A stretch of DNA of 64,000 nucleotides from Octopus sinensis (GCF_006345805.1 NC_043011.1:48062464-48126463); one strand, 5' to 3'. Counted from the first letter of the stretch, positions 10,913-24,522 are shown. A program made the numbers and translations. The notes: generated by a model from the sequence alone, not told the origin.

Positions 10913-13042
10913 TGTGTGTGTGTATGTTTGTGTGTCTGTGTTTGTCGCCCCAACATCGCTGGACAACCGATGCTGGTGTGTTTATGTCTCTGTAAATTAG
11001 TGGTTTGGCAAAAAGAGACCAATAGAATAAGTACTAGGCTTGCAAAGAATAAGTACTGGGGTCGATTTGCTCGACTAAAGGCAGTGCTCCAGCATGGCCA
11101 CAGTCAAATGACCGAAACAAGTAAAAGAGTAAAAGAGTAAAAAAGAGTTCAATAATACGATAAACCAGCAGGTGAGTTCTGCATTGAACTGCTGGCACAT
11201 GGATTCTTGTAACAATTCCTATCAGAAATTTTCTTAAAATTGAGTTTAGGCTAATTTCTGTCATTCAAGGTAATTAATAAAGGGTTCTGAGGTCATAATA
11301 CAAAAGCTACAATAATTTTGAGATCTGACAGCAGTTCAACAGTTTATCAGCATAGACAATGGCTATGTTTAGTGAGGTATGGTACATTTCTTCTCATATA
11401 CTTCTAATATGCTAATTATTATACTGACAGGTATAGCTGAAATTTATTTAATTAAATTCATACAGAGTCAATGAATAATTCGCAAGCATTTGAGAAAATA
11501 ATGTATTGTGTCTTTGCTGACAGAATTAATGGTTATGATGATAAATTGTTGTGTGGTCATGAGGAAAGAAGCTTGATTCCGAACCACATGGTTCTGAGTT
11601 CAATCCCACTGTATGGCACCTTGGACAAGTGTTCTTTACTTTATAACCTTGAGCTGACCAAAGCCTTGTTAGTAGATTTCGTATATAAGAAGCCAGTTCA
11701 TTATCATCATCGTTTAACGTCAGTTTTCTGTGCTAGCACAGGTTGGACGGTTCATCTGGGGTTTGAGAAGCCAGGAGGCTGCGCAGGCTCCAGTCTGAGC
11801 TAGCAGTGTTTCTACAGCTGGATGCCCTTCCTAATGCCAACCACTCAGTGAGTGTAGTGGGTGCTTCTTACGTGCCACCAGCACATGTGCCAGGGGAGGC
11901 TGGCAGCGGCCACGATGAGCTGGTGCTTTTTTACATGCCACCGGCACAGAAGCCAGTCAAAGCAGCGCTGGCATCGGCTACGTTCGGATGGTGCTTTATA
12001 TATTAATGAATACATGTGTGTGTGTGTGTGTGTGTGTTTATGTCTGTGTTTGTCTCCCAACACTGCTTGATAACTGGTGTGGGTGTGTTTATGTTGTAAC
12101 TTAGCGGTTCAGCAAAATAAACTGACAGAATAAGTACCAGGCTTAAAAGAATAAAAAAGTACTAGGAGCAATTCATTCAACTGAAATTTCTTCAAGGCAG
12201 TGCCTCATCTTGGCTGCAGTCTAATGACTGAAGCAAGCAAAAGATAAAAAAACCGTTTAGAACACAGCCAAGACTTTGATTTCAGATCGCAGCCTTACTG
12301 TTGCTATTACATTACAAGCTTGAGCAAGGAATCTGAGTCAACAAAATACAGATTCTTGTCTTATTTCTCAACAGAAGTGGTCAGTAAGTAGGACATACAT
12401 CCAACTGTCAAAAATCAATCGCTGCAACAAATGAAATTATTCAGTCTATACAAACATAGAAAACTAGATTAAAACAGGGAAAAGATATAATGATAAAAGA
12501 TACATGAAGCTTGGAAGAATGCTAACCAAACTGTTAGTTATAGATTATTTCATTCTCTCTCATGTAACACGCAAACGTATACAATATACATACATCTGAT
12601 TCAAGAGTAGCAGAAATCAAAATCGGCTCATCAATTCTAGTTACTATTCTAATATATAGGTAAGTCTACCTCTCTTATCACAAATCTTATACTAAGAGAC
12701 TAATGGAACAAAATAAATGAACACTGAAGTCCCTTTAATATATTATTAAAAATAACCACCGAGATCTTCTTCCATTTTGGCTCGCTTGCTTTCAGAAATG
12801 GCTTGTCAGTTCTAACTTTATCCATTGTATAATTTGCTATGACAAAATATCCAGTGATACGTATAATAACACACCTTATATGTTGGTTTGACAACTTGAT
12901 AGATTTGTTCTTTGCATTTTTTTTGTTTTTTTTTTTTTGTTCTTTGGTTCGTTTTCAGCCATCATGGTTATGACCATACTGGAGTATCACCATGTGTTAG
13001 TAATTCAAGAATCACTGTAATTTTGGTATCTCGGTATGTGTT

Positions 13043-14050
13043 TGACAGCATTACATGCCTGCATGTGTGTGTGTATGTGTGTGTGTGTGTATGTGTAAGT
13101 ATTATACATATATGCATACATATGTGTGTGTATGTGTGTGTGTATTTGCATGTGTGTAAGTATGTATACATACATGCATATATATGTGTATATGTGTGTG
13201 TAGGTATGTATGCATATATGCATACATATGTGTGTATGTATGTGTGTGTGTTTGCATGTGTGTAAGTATGTATACATACATACATGCATACATATGTGTA
13301 TATGTGTGTGTAGGTATGTATACATATATGCATACATATGTGTGTATGTATGTGTGTGTGTTTGCATGTGTGTAAGTATGTATACATACATACATGCATA
13401 CATATGTGTATATGTGTGTGTAGGTATGTATACATATATGCATACATATGTGTGTATGTATGTGTGTGTGCGTGTGTGTGTAAATGTGTATACATATGCA
13501 TGCATATGTATGTATATGTGTGTGTGTAAGTAAGTATACATATATGCATACATATGTGTGTATGTATATATGTATGTTTGCATGTGTGTAAGTGTGTATA
13601 CATATGCATACATATGTATGTATATGTGTATGTGTGCGTAAGTATGTATACATACATGCATACATATGTGTCTATGTGTGTGTAGGTATATATACATATA
13701 TGCATACATATGTGTGTGTGTAAGTAGGCATACTTATATGCATACATATGTGTGTGTGTGTGTATATATTTGTGTGTGTGTAAGTATGTATACATATATG
13801 CATGCATGTGCATATGTATTTGTGTGAGTGCGTGTGTGTATTTATGCATATATGCATACATATGTGTGTATATGTGTGTGTATAAGTAGGCATACTTATA
13901 TGCATACATATGTGTGTATATGTGTTTGTGTGTGTGTGTGTGTGTGTAAGTATGTATACATATTTGCATACATATGTATATGCATGTGTACGTGTGTGTA
14001 AGTGTATTTACATATATACATCAATGTGTGTGTACGTGTGTCTGTGTGTA
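13043..14050. repeat. About 1-kb alternating purine/pyrimidine minisatellite with ~55/110-bp higher-order unit
   Basis: TTTGCATGTGTGTAAG recurs at about 13145, 13251 and 13361. Confidence 0.9.
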
Positions 14051-15609
14051 AACCTACTCATTGTGTTCAGACATGTTGAAAATTACAAAAGCTATTAAAA
14101 TAAAGATTTTTTCCGGTATTTTATTAATTTTTTTTAGTTTGACCTTTGAAAATCAAAGTCTTTGCATGGTATTTTTGTTCACGACTTCATATTCTTAGCT
14201 TCTATTTAATGAAATGCGTAAACACTAAAAGTTTCTTGGATAATAATTATATTTTCTATATATGAATTTTTTTTATGCATTTTGAATCATGAGTATTTAA
14301 TAAAAAGAAAAAAAGTCAAAAAATAGTTTAAACTCATTCATGCTTTCATCTGTGGGATGCTTTATTCGCTGTAACAGATATTCTGTTGAACAGATGCTGC
14401 TTTCATACTGTTAACCACTCAAAAATTGAGTGGTTAATAGCTATTTCAGTCAGGCAAAATTAAATTGTTCCTACATTCATATTTCAATCAATTTGAAAAT
14501 TGGAGTTCTCTCCCTTACTTTTCTTAACAAGAATTATCATTTAATGTTAATGGTTTTTTCTTCTCATTATGGACGCAAGACTTATTTTGGCTCTCTACAT
14601 TCAATATGTTAACATACACTTAACTAAAGCAGAGAAGGCTGAGTTTTATTGTTACCTCAGGGGTGCATCACAAAAACACGAGTATGGATTAAGTTTAGAG
14701 TATGTGATCCATAGTCCAACTGTGTCTTCTAACACTATCCATGACTTCCAAAATAAATGCGAGATGGTGCATTTTAAGTGAAAGATGTGCAGCTTTTTAT
14801 ACTGAATTAAACATTTTATTCTTTCTGTGAACAGTAGCACTTTTGCTTACAGGTTCCAATGAGTTAATCACTGATTTATCACAATGTTGTTTCTGTTTAC
14901 ACACACACACACACACACACACACAAATATGGGCATACACACACACTTAGGTATACACATAAGGTGCTGCATCCTGTGCCTTCTACTTTAACCCTGCGTC
15001 AACTAATGTCCTGTAAAGGACACTTGCCCTAGGTGCCATGCAGTGGGACTGAACCCAGAACCATACGGTTAGGAAGCAAGCTTCTTTACCACACAGTCAC
15101 ATACAACACGAATGACGTAATTATATACCAGAAGACATTTTCTTCCTATGATCCACCATTTATGGTACCTTACAACAACAACAACAACAACAACAACAGC
15201 AGCAACAACAACAAATACAACATCAAGAACAGCAGCAGCAACAACAACAACCTCTGTAATAATAGTGACAACAATATCGTTTTCAGCAGTCACAAAAATG
15301 ATGATAAGAAAATCATCAACAATGGGAACACACCATAAAATTTTGAAAAGAAGAAAATATACCTCATATGCAATATAAAACAGCCTGTGTTGAAACTGAT
15401 CTGGCTACACAATGATCATAAAAAGATATGCCATAATAAAAGCCGGGGTTTTCTTAAGTAACGTTAAGTGTTATACAGAATTATAGTAAAACAGAGAATT
15501 GTAAAAGTGTGAATTATCTTACAGGACTTGTGGGAATATGGTTGATAGATTCCAAAAGTAAAACCATGAAGGAGAGAGCTCTGAATGGTTATTACTGCGA
15601 ACGTTGGTG

Positions 15610-15611
15610 CA

Positions 15612-15680
<69 letters not shown>

Positions 15681-15734
15681 TGTATGTGTGTGTACGTGGG
15701 TATATGTGTGTACACATTCATTGATGTATATATT

Positions 15735-15773
<39 letters not shown>

Positions 15774-16141
15774 CTACATAGATATTATATTTTATTTATA
15801 TATATATATATGTACAATTATATATACATATGTATATACATAAATACATATATAAATGTATATATATGTATGTATATATACATATATTTATATATATATA
15901 CATTAATATATACATATATGTGTTATATATATATATATGTATATATGTATATATGTATACATACACACATAACATATATACACACACACATATATATATA
16001 TATATATAAGTTTTATACACACACATACATATTTACATTATATACATTATACACACACATATATACATACATATATATATATATATACACATACAATATA
16101 TACCTATATATATATTATATATATAATGCACATATATTTAC

Positions 16142-16182
<41 letters not shown>

Positions 16183-16197
16183 CATATATATATATAC

Positions 16198-16273
<76 letters not shown>

Positions 16274-16779
16274 ACATACACATATATACATAAAGACATG
16301 CCTACATATATCTACACTCTCATACATACATGCATGTATACCTACATACATATATCCAAATACGTACATATATACATGTACTCACACACATATAGATACA
16401 GACACACACACAGAGACACACACACATATGTACAAGCACTCACACACACATACATACATACATACATACATACATTCATACATACATACATGCATGCATA
16501 CATGCATGCATGCAACTAACAGTATTAACTATGTGACCCTTACCACTGCTAATATTACAGGATCTACAACGGACGAGGGAAATGACAGAGCACCTAAGTT
16601 CAAATCCATATATCTATACACACACCACACACACAAACACACGCACACACACATATATGTATGTTTATGTATGTGTGTATATAGATATATCTATACGTAT
16701 ATATTTATGTGTGTGTATATAGATATAATGTGTGTGTATATCTGTATGTGTGTGTATATATATATATAGTATATTTACT

Positions 16780-16810
<31 letters not shown>

Positions 16811-16830
16811 TATACATAATATGTGTGTGT
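15610..16830. repeat. (TG)n/(TA)n/(CA)n compound microsatellite block
   Basis: Direct reading; the source of many spurious YI/HT-rich ORFs. Confidence 0.95.
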
Positions 16831-16834
16831 ATGT

Positions 16835-17250
16835 AGTCTTTTCTTTGTTTCAGTATTGACTGCGGCCATGCTGGAGCACTGCCTTTAGTCAAACAAATTG
16901 ACCCCAGGACTTATTCTTTATATGCCTAGTACTTATTCTATCAGTCTCTTTTGCCGAACCACAACATTACAGGGACGTAAACACACCAGGATCCATTGTT
17001 CCCCATGATAGGGGAACAAACACAGACACACAAACATACACACATGTGCGCAGACACACACACACACACAACACACACACACATATATATACGATGGGCT
17101 TCTTTCTGTTTCCATCTACCAAATCCACTCACAAGGCTTTTGTCGGCGTCAAGCTATAGTAGAAGACACTTGCCCAAGGTGCTACGCTGTGGGATTGAAC
17201 CCTGAACCATGTGGCTGGTAAGCAAGCTACGTGACACACAGCCACAGTAA
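16835..17250 (-). mobile_element. SINE family E, near full length
   Basis: Reverse complement of the family E head, internal CA/TA microsatellite and tail. Other full or near-full copies at about 28345-28770(+), 43100-43560(-), 46965-47460(+), 47490-47930(-) and 60170-60690(-). Confidence 0.85.
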
Positions 17251-17342
17251 ATAAATATTACCATATTACTTTATGCTCCATGCTGAATAAAGGACTCATC
17301 AAACAGGTAGGATTTGAGTGCACATCTCCTCTTGATATATAA

Positions 17343-17374
<32 letters not shown>

Positions 17375-17781
17375 TGGGGTGTATACACAGGGTGATTCAG
17401 AAGTCCCTTTATCATTTAAACGATAAATAAAAAATTATATTATTTATTTGTTACAATTTTATTAAATATCTATAATAGTATCATGGGCATTTTGTTTTGA
17501 ATATCATTTGTGACACGTATTGTGTTTATATATTTTAGAAAAATGACTTTATGAAAAGATAAAGTTATATCCATCATCCTTAAAAATGGTACAGCACATA
17601 CACATATATATATATATATAGGTGCAGGAGTGGCTGTGTGGTAAGAAGCTTGCCTCCCATCCACGTTTCTGGGTTCAGTCCCACTGCATGGCACCATGAG
17701 CATGTGTCTTCTACTATAGCCTCAGGCCGACCAAAGCCTTGTGAGTTGATTTCGTAGACGGAAACTGAAAGAAGCCTGTTG

Positions 17782-17847
<66 letters not shown>

Positions 17848-18374
17848 GTATATATATATTATACAGCCTCGCCTGACACCTGTGCGGGTGGCACGTAAAA
17901 AGCACCCACTAATCTCATGGAGTGGTTGGCGTTAGGAAGGGCATCCAGCTGTAGAAACATTGCCGGATAAGGCTGGAGCCTGGTGCAGCCTTCTGGCTTC
18001 CCAGATCCCCGGTTGAACCGTCCAACCCATGCTAGCATGGAGAACAGATGTTAAACGATGATGATGATGATATATATATATATATACACACATACACATA
18101 GACATATATATATATACACATGTGATGTATAAATATATCTACACATATATATATACATGTATATATATACATGCACACACATATGCATACATCCGATGAT
18201 GGATTATCTGGTGGAAGCTTCAAAGATATAGTCAATATCATTCTTGTTAAAGAATAATAAAAATGTACTTTAGGAAATGTGGTGCAAAATTCTTCAATTT
18301 AGAAAAATTGTTTTTGATTACAGTATAACAGCAAACTTTAATATCTATCTATGTATATATGTTCGTATGTGAGG

Positions 18375-18665
18375 ATGCATGGCCCAATGGTTAAGGTCTT
18401 ACACTCATGATCACGAGATCATGGTTTCAAATCCTAGACTGGGTGGTGTGTTGTATCCTTGGGCATAGCACTTCATCTCAAATTACATTACTCTGCGTCG
18501 CTTCAACACAGGATGTGTGGCACAGTGGACACCTGTTCAGACAACGTCGATTCGATGGAGAGAGTGAGCTAATGTGCAACAGACACATTTGATCCCTGTA
18601 AACAAATCATTTGTATGGGTCATTTGGATAAAGGCCAAATGGTCATACATCATCTTTGATGGGAG
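18375..18665 (+). mobile_element. tRNA-derived SINE family D
   Basis: Head and core like family B but a different body; reverse copy at 56480-56745. Confidence 0.65.
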
Positions 18666-18754
18666 AGTCCATCATGTATGTCCGTCCGTCCGTCCGTCCG
18701 TCCGTCCGTCCATCGATCCATCCATACATCCATCTATATACAGACGGTCTTTCA

Positions 18755-18945
18755 AAATGTGACCTCGTGTGTACCGTTGGCGATTTTTTTTCCTCTGTCT
18801 TTCCTTCTATGTTTCCGATGAAGAGCTCCGCTCGAAACGTTAAACCCTCCTTCTTTCCTGAGTGTCCAATATACTATATTTGTTCCATGTCCTTGCGTTG
18901 TTGTGTTTTTTTGTGCTTTCTTGTTTGGATTAACTTTATATATAT
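18755..18945 (+). mobile_element. Penelope-like element (pLTR-type) unit with hammerhead motif
   Basis: About 190-bp unit repeated at 55472-55690; contains CCGATGAAGAGCTCCGCTCGAAACGTT, the CTGATGA...CGAAACG pattern typical of PLE pLTRs. Confidence 0.7.
18811..18845 (+). ncRNA. Candidate minimal type I hammerhead ribozyme (U4C variant)
   Basis: GTTT-CCGATGA-A-GAGC(TCC)GCTC-GAAA-CGT-T-AAAC gives stem I GUUU/AAAC, stem II GAGC/GCUC, palindromic ACGU stem III and a GUU cleavage triplet. Confidence 0.55.
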
Positions 18946-18957
18946 AGTGTGTGTGAA

Positions 18958-19290
18958 TGTGCATGGCTCAGTGGTAAGAGTGTCGAGCTTACGATCGTGA
19001 GGTTGTGAGTTCAAATCCTGGACCGGGCTGCGTGTTGTGTTTTTGAGCAAGACACTTTATTTCCCCTTGCTCCAGTTCACTCAGCTGTAGAAATGAGTTG
19101 TGATGTCACAGGTGCCAAGCTGTATCTGTTGTTGCCTTTCCCTTGGATAACACTGGTGGCATGGAGAGGGGAGGCCGGTATGCATGGGTGACTGCTGGTC
19201 TTCCATAAACAACCTTGCTCGGACTTGTGCCTGAGAGGCTAACTTTTTAGGTGCAATCCCATGGTCAGTCATGACCAAAGGGGGTCTCAA
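18958..19290 (+). mobile_element. tRNA-derived SINE family B
   Basis: A-box TGGCTCAGTGG, B-box GAGTTCAAATCC, core TTGAGCAAGACACTT, tail ...GTCATGACCAAAGGGGGTCTC. Copies at 37623-37918(+), 40196-40525(+), 50256-50590(+), 55081-55405(-) and 59780-60108(+). Confidence 0.88.
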
Positions 19291-19333
19291 GATATATATA
19301 TATATATATATGTATGTATATTTATTTATATAT

Positions 19334-19473
19334 TTATATTAAGGGCATTACTATGCATAAATGCCTCACGCTAGGAGGGACTCTTAAAGTCAAAACTACC
19401 ATAATAAATATAATAAACTTTAAGAGTCCCTCCTAGCATGAGGCATTTATGTATAGTAATGCCCTTAATATAA
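19334..19473. repeat. 57-bp inverted repeat with 26-nt loop (foldback/MITE-like)
   Basis: Arms 19334-19390 and 19417-19473 differ at 2 positions. Confidence 0.95.
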
Positions 19474-19835
19474 GTAAATATATTTAAAGGGAAAAATTAA
19501 TAATTTTTCCCTAATGCATTTTTTCACGCTAACTACTTGATAATTTCTTATAAAGATTTTATCCTATTTTTAAATTGTGTATATATGTATATATATATAT
19601 ATTATTCAAAGGAATTCCAACTCAGTCTGTTTTTTATGTTTTATTTATATTCTGTATAATATTAATGTAGAATATAGAATATATAGTATAAATAGAATAT
19701 ATAGTAAAATGAACTGAATTATTGATTGTCTTATTTAATAGATGAAAAACTGAATATCAAATATTAAGGGACTTGTATACTTTCTTGCATTTGAGCAGTC
19801 TTGAAGTTCCCAGGTTGTGACAGGAATGTTTCAAC

Positions 19836-19866
<31 letters not shown>

Positions 19867-20709
19867 CAAAAGCACCTAGTACACACTGTAAAGTGTTAGG
19901 AAGAGCAACCAACCAACCAAATCAGACCAGATTTTGATACAGCTCTCATGCTTCTCTATATCATCATCATCATCATCGTTTAACGTCCGTTTTCTGTGCT
20001 AGCACGGGTTGGACGGTTTGACCGGGGTCTGGGAAGCCAGGGCTGCGCCAGGCTCCAGTCTGATCTGGCAGTGTTTCTACAGCTGTATGCCCTTCCTAAC
20101 GCCAACCACTCCGCGAGTATAGTGGGTGCATTTTATGTGCCACCTGCACAGGTGCCAGGGGGGTCTGGCATCGGCCACGATTGGTTGGTGCTTTTAACAT
20201 GCCACCGGCATGGAAGCCAGCCAAGGTGGCGCTAGCATCAGCCACGTTCGGATGGTGCTTTTTATGTGCCACCGGTTCAGAAGCCAGTCAAGGCGGAGCT
20301 GGCAACGGCCACGTTCGGATGATGCTTTTTATGTGCCACCGACACAGGTATCACAACTACTTTTTTTCCCTATATCTATCTATATATATATATAATTTAT
20401 ACATATACACAAACACATATATATCTACTAAAGCGACTTTTGCATCATTCTGCATCGGTTTATCATTTTTAAACTTACGCCTCATGCTTAGATAGATTGG
20501 TTGAGGTCATTATAGAATGAGTCATTATGGAGCTACTGCCCTCTTGGACGGGTCCTTAGAGCGTACTGAATATATTTTATTGTAGGACTGGAATAAATGT
20601 GATTATCAAATCCCTGACAAGGACCAAAGGTTCTTTCAAACTTATGTTGTCTTTGCTTTTTTACTAACTGTTTTATAGGATAAAATCAACAAATATTTCA
20701 TAATAATAA

Positions 20710-20742
<33 letters not shown>

Positions 20743-20745
20743 GTA

Positions 20746-20790
<45 letters not shown>

Positions 20791-21090
20791 ATTAATGATG
20801 ATTATCAAGAAAAATGTATAAAATAAATATAATGGAAATAATATGAATAGATACTTTTCAAATATAACAAATACCTGTGAAAATTCTGTGCCATTTTGTT
20901 TCTGTTATTTTTCTTTTGATTTTTTTTTTCACCCTGTCTCTGTTGGGAAATAAATCAGTTATATTTCAAAGAGTCCTTACCTACAAAATAAGAATAGAAG
21001 AAATAGATTAATTCCCATCCTTTTTATCGTTTGCATTGCATAACAGAGAGAGAGAGAGAAACACACACACCTTATACATATGTATGTATG

Positions 21091-21127
<37 letters not shown>

Positions 21128-21247
21128 TAGATAGATAGATAGACACATATACATATATTGATAGGTAGATAGATTCATTTGTGTATATTTGTGTATTTAT
21201 ATAGACACATACATGCATACACACACATATATATATGTATATGCATA

Positions 21248-21292
<45 letters not shown>

Positions 21293-21382
21293 TGTGTATA
21301 TATATATGTATATATAATATGTGTGTGTGTATATATATAATATATGTATATATATATATATGTGTGTGTATATATATGTATA

Positions 21383-21420
<38 letters not shown>

Positions 21421-21463
21421 ATATATCTATATATCTATATATATATATTATATTAAATTAGAG

Positions 21464-21527
<64 letters not shown>

Positions 21528-23737
21528 GGCACATACATACATAAATACATAGACAAATAGACAGATATATATATATGATAGAAAGATAGATAGATAGAGT
21601 GAGAAAGAGATGTGTTGGATGAAAAGTTAATAAAAAATACCAGAAAAAATTTCACATTCATTAAAATTTTTTAAGTAATCGAAAAAGTGATTAATAAATA
21701 ACATTTTACATCACTTATCAACAGACAATACATGACTTATACACAAAGACAAACCAATTTGTATTATAACATTAAAAGTATGAAAGGAAAAAAAACAATT
21801 TTATAAAACAACATAAAAGCAATCATTTATTGAAGTTTACTTATAAGTTTTTCTAAGATTTTTTCCAAGTTTCAGATGTGTATGTATGTATGTATGTATG
21901 TATGTGTGCATGTATGTATGTATTCATGCAGGCATGGACGTAGTTACAAAATTGCTTCCCAACCACATGGTTCTGGGTTCAGTCCTACCGCATAGCACAT
22001 TGGACAAATGTCTTCTATTATAGCCTTGGGCCTATCAAGGCCTTGTGACTGGATTTAGTAGATGGAAACTGAAAGAAGCCCACTGTATATATATATATAT
22101 ATATATGTGCATGTGTGTGCTTATGTGTGTTTGTGTGTACACACATGCACACACACACATGCATGCACACACTCACACACATGCACACACACATGCACAC
22201 ATACAAACTAAATACAGCTTACTGTTCTTTCACAGGTAGGATCAACAAAAAGACCTCTATCGAGTGAGAGGTAAATATGATTTAATATACACAAAATTTA
22301 AAAGAGAATTGCTAGTAATTTCATACTGTAGTGATACAATAATTTCACAGATTTATATAGTATACCATGCGTCTCCAAGCAATTCTTCAGGCTCAGTACA
22401 TACTGCTAGTCCTTCTCTTCAAATAGGACAAACTGTATTCACTGAACATGAAAGATTGCCTAGATCACATGACATGTTATATAAATCTGCCAAATTATTG
22501 TACCTCTACTGCAAGAATCTATTGGTAACTATTTTTTTAAATTCTGTGCATATTACATCTTATTATATATTATCACTCATCAGCACCAGTCAGTTGGAAT
22601 TAGTTGAGGTAAATATTTTATGGTTAGGTGCTCTTCCAGTCACCAAACCTCACCTGTTACCAAATAAAGTAATATTTCCACATGACTAACATGTTTCCTT
22701 AGAAAATTGGAAATGAAAGACTTGGTTTGTATGACAGTGACGCTATTTTATAACTATTAGTTAAAACAGATATACACATTCATGTAATGAGCTTCTCTCA
22801 GTTTCCATCTATCAAATCTGTTCACAAGGCTTTGGTCCAACTTGGGGCTGTAGAAGAATATAGTTGCCCAAATTACCACATAGTGGAACTGCTGTGTCTG
22901 AACCTATCCACACACACATGCACGCAAGCATAAATATATATATATATATATAAGCACACTCATGCATACACATATACATACACATTTGCATACGTATGTA
23001 TCATCTACTCATGAGGATAATTAATGGTAATTATGAGAGAAAGGATAATGAAGGCCATTAGTATCACATTATGATAACAATGATAATGATGATGATGATA
23101 ATGGCACTGATTATAATTACGCTTTTGTTAGTGGTGGTGGTAATGATAATAGCAATGACAAAGATGCTACCAAAAATCATGATAATAAGGAATTCCTGAA
23201 GGTAGAAGCGTTAGGTTAAATATCTGTTGTTATGGGAATGATAATGTTGACATATGACAATAAAATTGTGTTTTCTTTAATTAATACCAAATTTCTGATT
23301 ACATTTAATACACTTGTCTGTTGCTCATGCTTACACAAATTTATATATGCATGTTTTAGTATTATATATATATATGTGTGTGTGTGTTAAATATACATTA
23401 ATATATATATATATATAGGTATATACATATATAAGTGGTGGATTTTTAGAACATATATATATATAGACACACATATATATACATTTATAATTACATATAT
23501 GTATAATATATATATATATATATACAAACATATGCAGATATATATACACGTATAGAAATACACAGGCACAAGAAGACACACTTTTGTTCAGTTTCTCTTA
23601 TGAAATTTGGTAATGCTAGGAAAGATTACAATTAGCAACAAAACAGAAATCTCACAATAAATCATAAAGTGTGAAAGTTTTAATTTATGCGTGAGTAGGT
23701 GTGTACATATGTATGTATGAGTGTGTGTATGTGTGTA

Positions 23738-23805
<68 letters not shown>

Positions 23806-23914
23806 TGTATGTATGTATGTATTTATGTATATATGAATATTTGGACATACATGAATATGAACAAACTTATTAATATCTGTGTATCTGGACATATATGAAT
23901 ACATATGTGTGTGT

Positions 23915-23953
<39 letters not shown>

Positions 23954-24408
23954 CATATGTATATATATATAAATATATATATATATTTACATATGTATGT
24001 TTATATACATGTGTATATATGTGGTTATATTCAGCAAGAGAGACAGAGAAAGCCAAGGGGAAAACAGATACGTTATGTTATAATGCACGACAAAAAGTTG
24101 TGTGTTGTTAGGAATTGAGAAAAATACTTAAATAAATGTTTCATTTTTCTCTTTGTATTCTAGATTATTGATATAGATAGTCACTATTGAAATATTTAAG
24201 TGGATTTAAAGATGACAAATATAGAAATCAACAAATGATTTATAGATAATGGACAGACAAAATATATAAACAAACATGAACATATATTTACCTACACACA
24301 AATACATACGAAGCCAATGTATACTAATTAATTATCTCTCTAGCCTTCTTTCTCTCTCTTTCACTCTCTCTATGAGTACAAGTGTGTATGTGATATGTAT
24401 ATGTATGT

Positions 24409-24451
<43 letters not shown>

Positions 24452-24474
24452 ATATACATATATATAATATATAG

Positions 24475-24513
<39 letters not shown>

Positions 24514-24522
24514 TCTATATAT

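Larger units (their letters stand above)
9478..11140 (+). mobile_element. SINE family E copy interrupted by an RTE LINE insertion
   Basis: Head 9478-9647 (GGCTGTGTGGTAAG...GAAACTGAAAGAAG) and 3' half 10874-11140 (...CCAGCATGGCCACAGTCAAATGACCGAAACAAGTAAAAGAGTAAAAGAG) flank the RTE. Family E is the most abundant repeat here (more than 20 copies or fragments). Confidence 0.9.

Noticed and set aside
12765-12841. Minus-strand protein-like frame NYTMDKVRTDKPFLKASEPKWKKIS
   Set aside because: Weak donor (GTGGTT) and no recognisable homology; could still be checked by tBLASTn.
12959-13033. Exon-like segment with strong acceptor and GTATGT donor
   Set aside because: Its start is a degenerate reverse SINE E 3' end; the peptide is unrecognisable.
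12968-13969. 333-aa and overlapping long ORFs rich in H/T/Y/I/M/C/V
   Set aside because: Translations of a stop-poor RY satellite; the same applies to most ORF-track entries in TA/CA/TG/AAT repeats.
15170-15260. (CAA/CAG)n poly-Q/N-like tract
   Set aside because: Simple repeat without splice or coding context.
17385-17420. Possible Tc1/mariner TIR (CAGGGTGATTCAGAAGTC)
   Set aside because: No matching second end found in the window.
22264-22689. 141-aa plus-strand ORF in unique DNA
   Set aside because: GTG start, not phase-compatible with the flanking splice candidates, no homology recognised.
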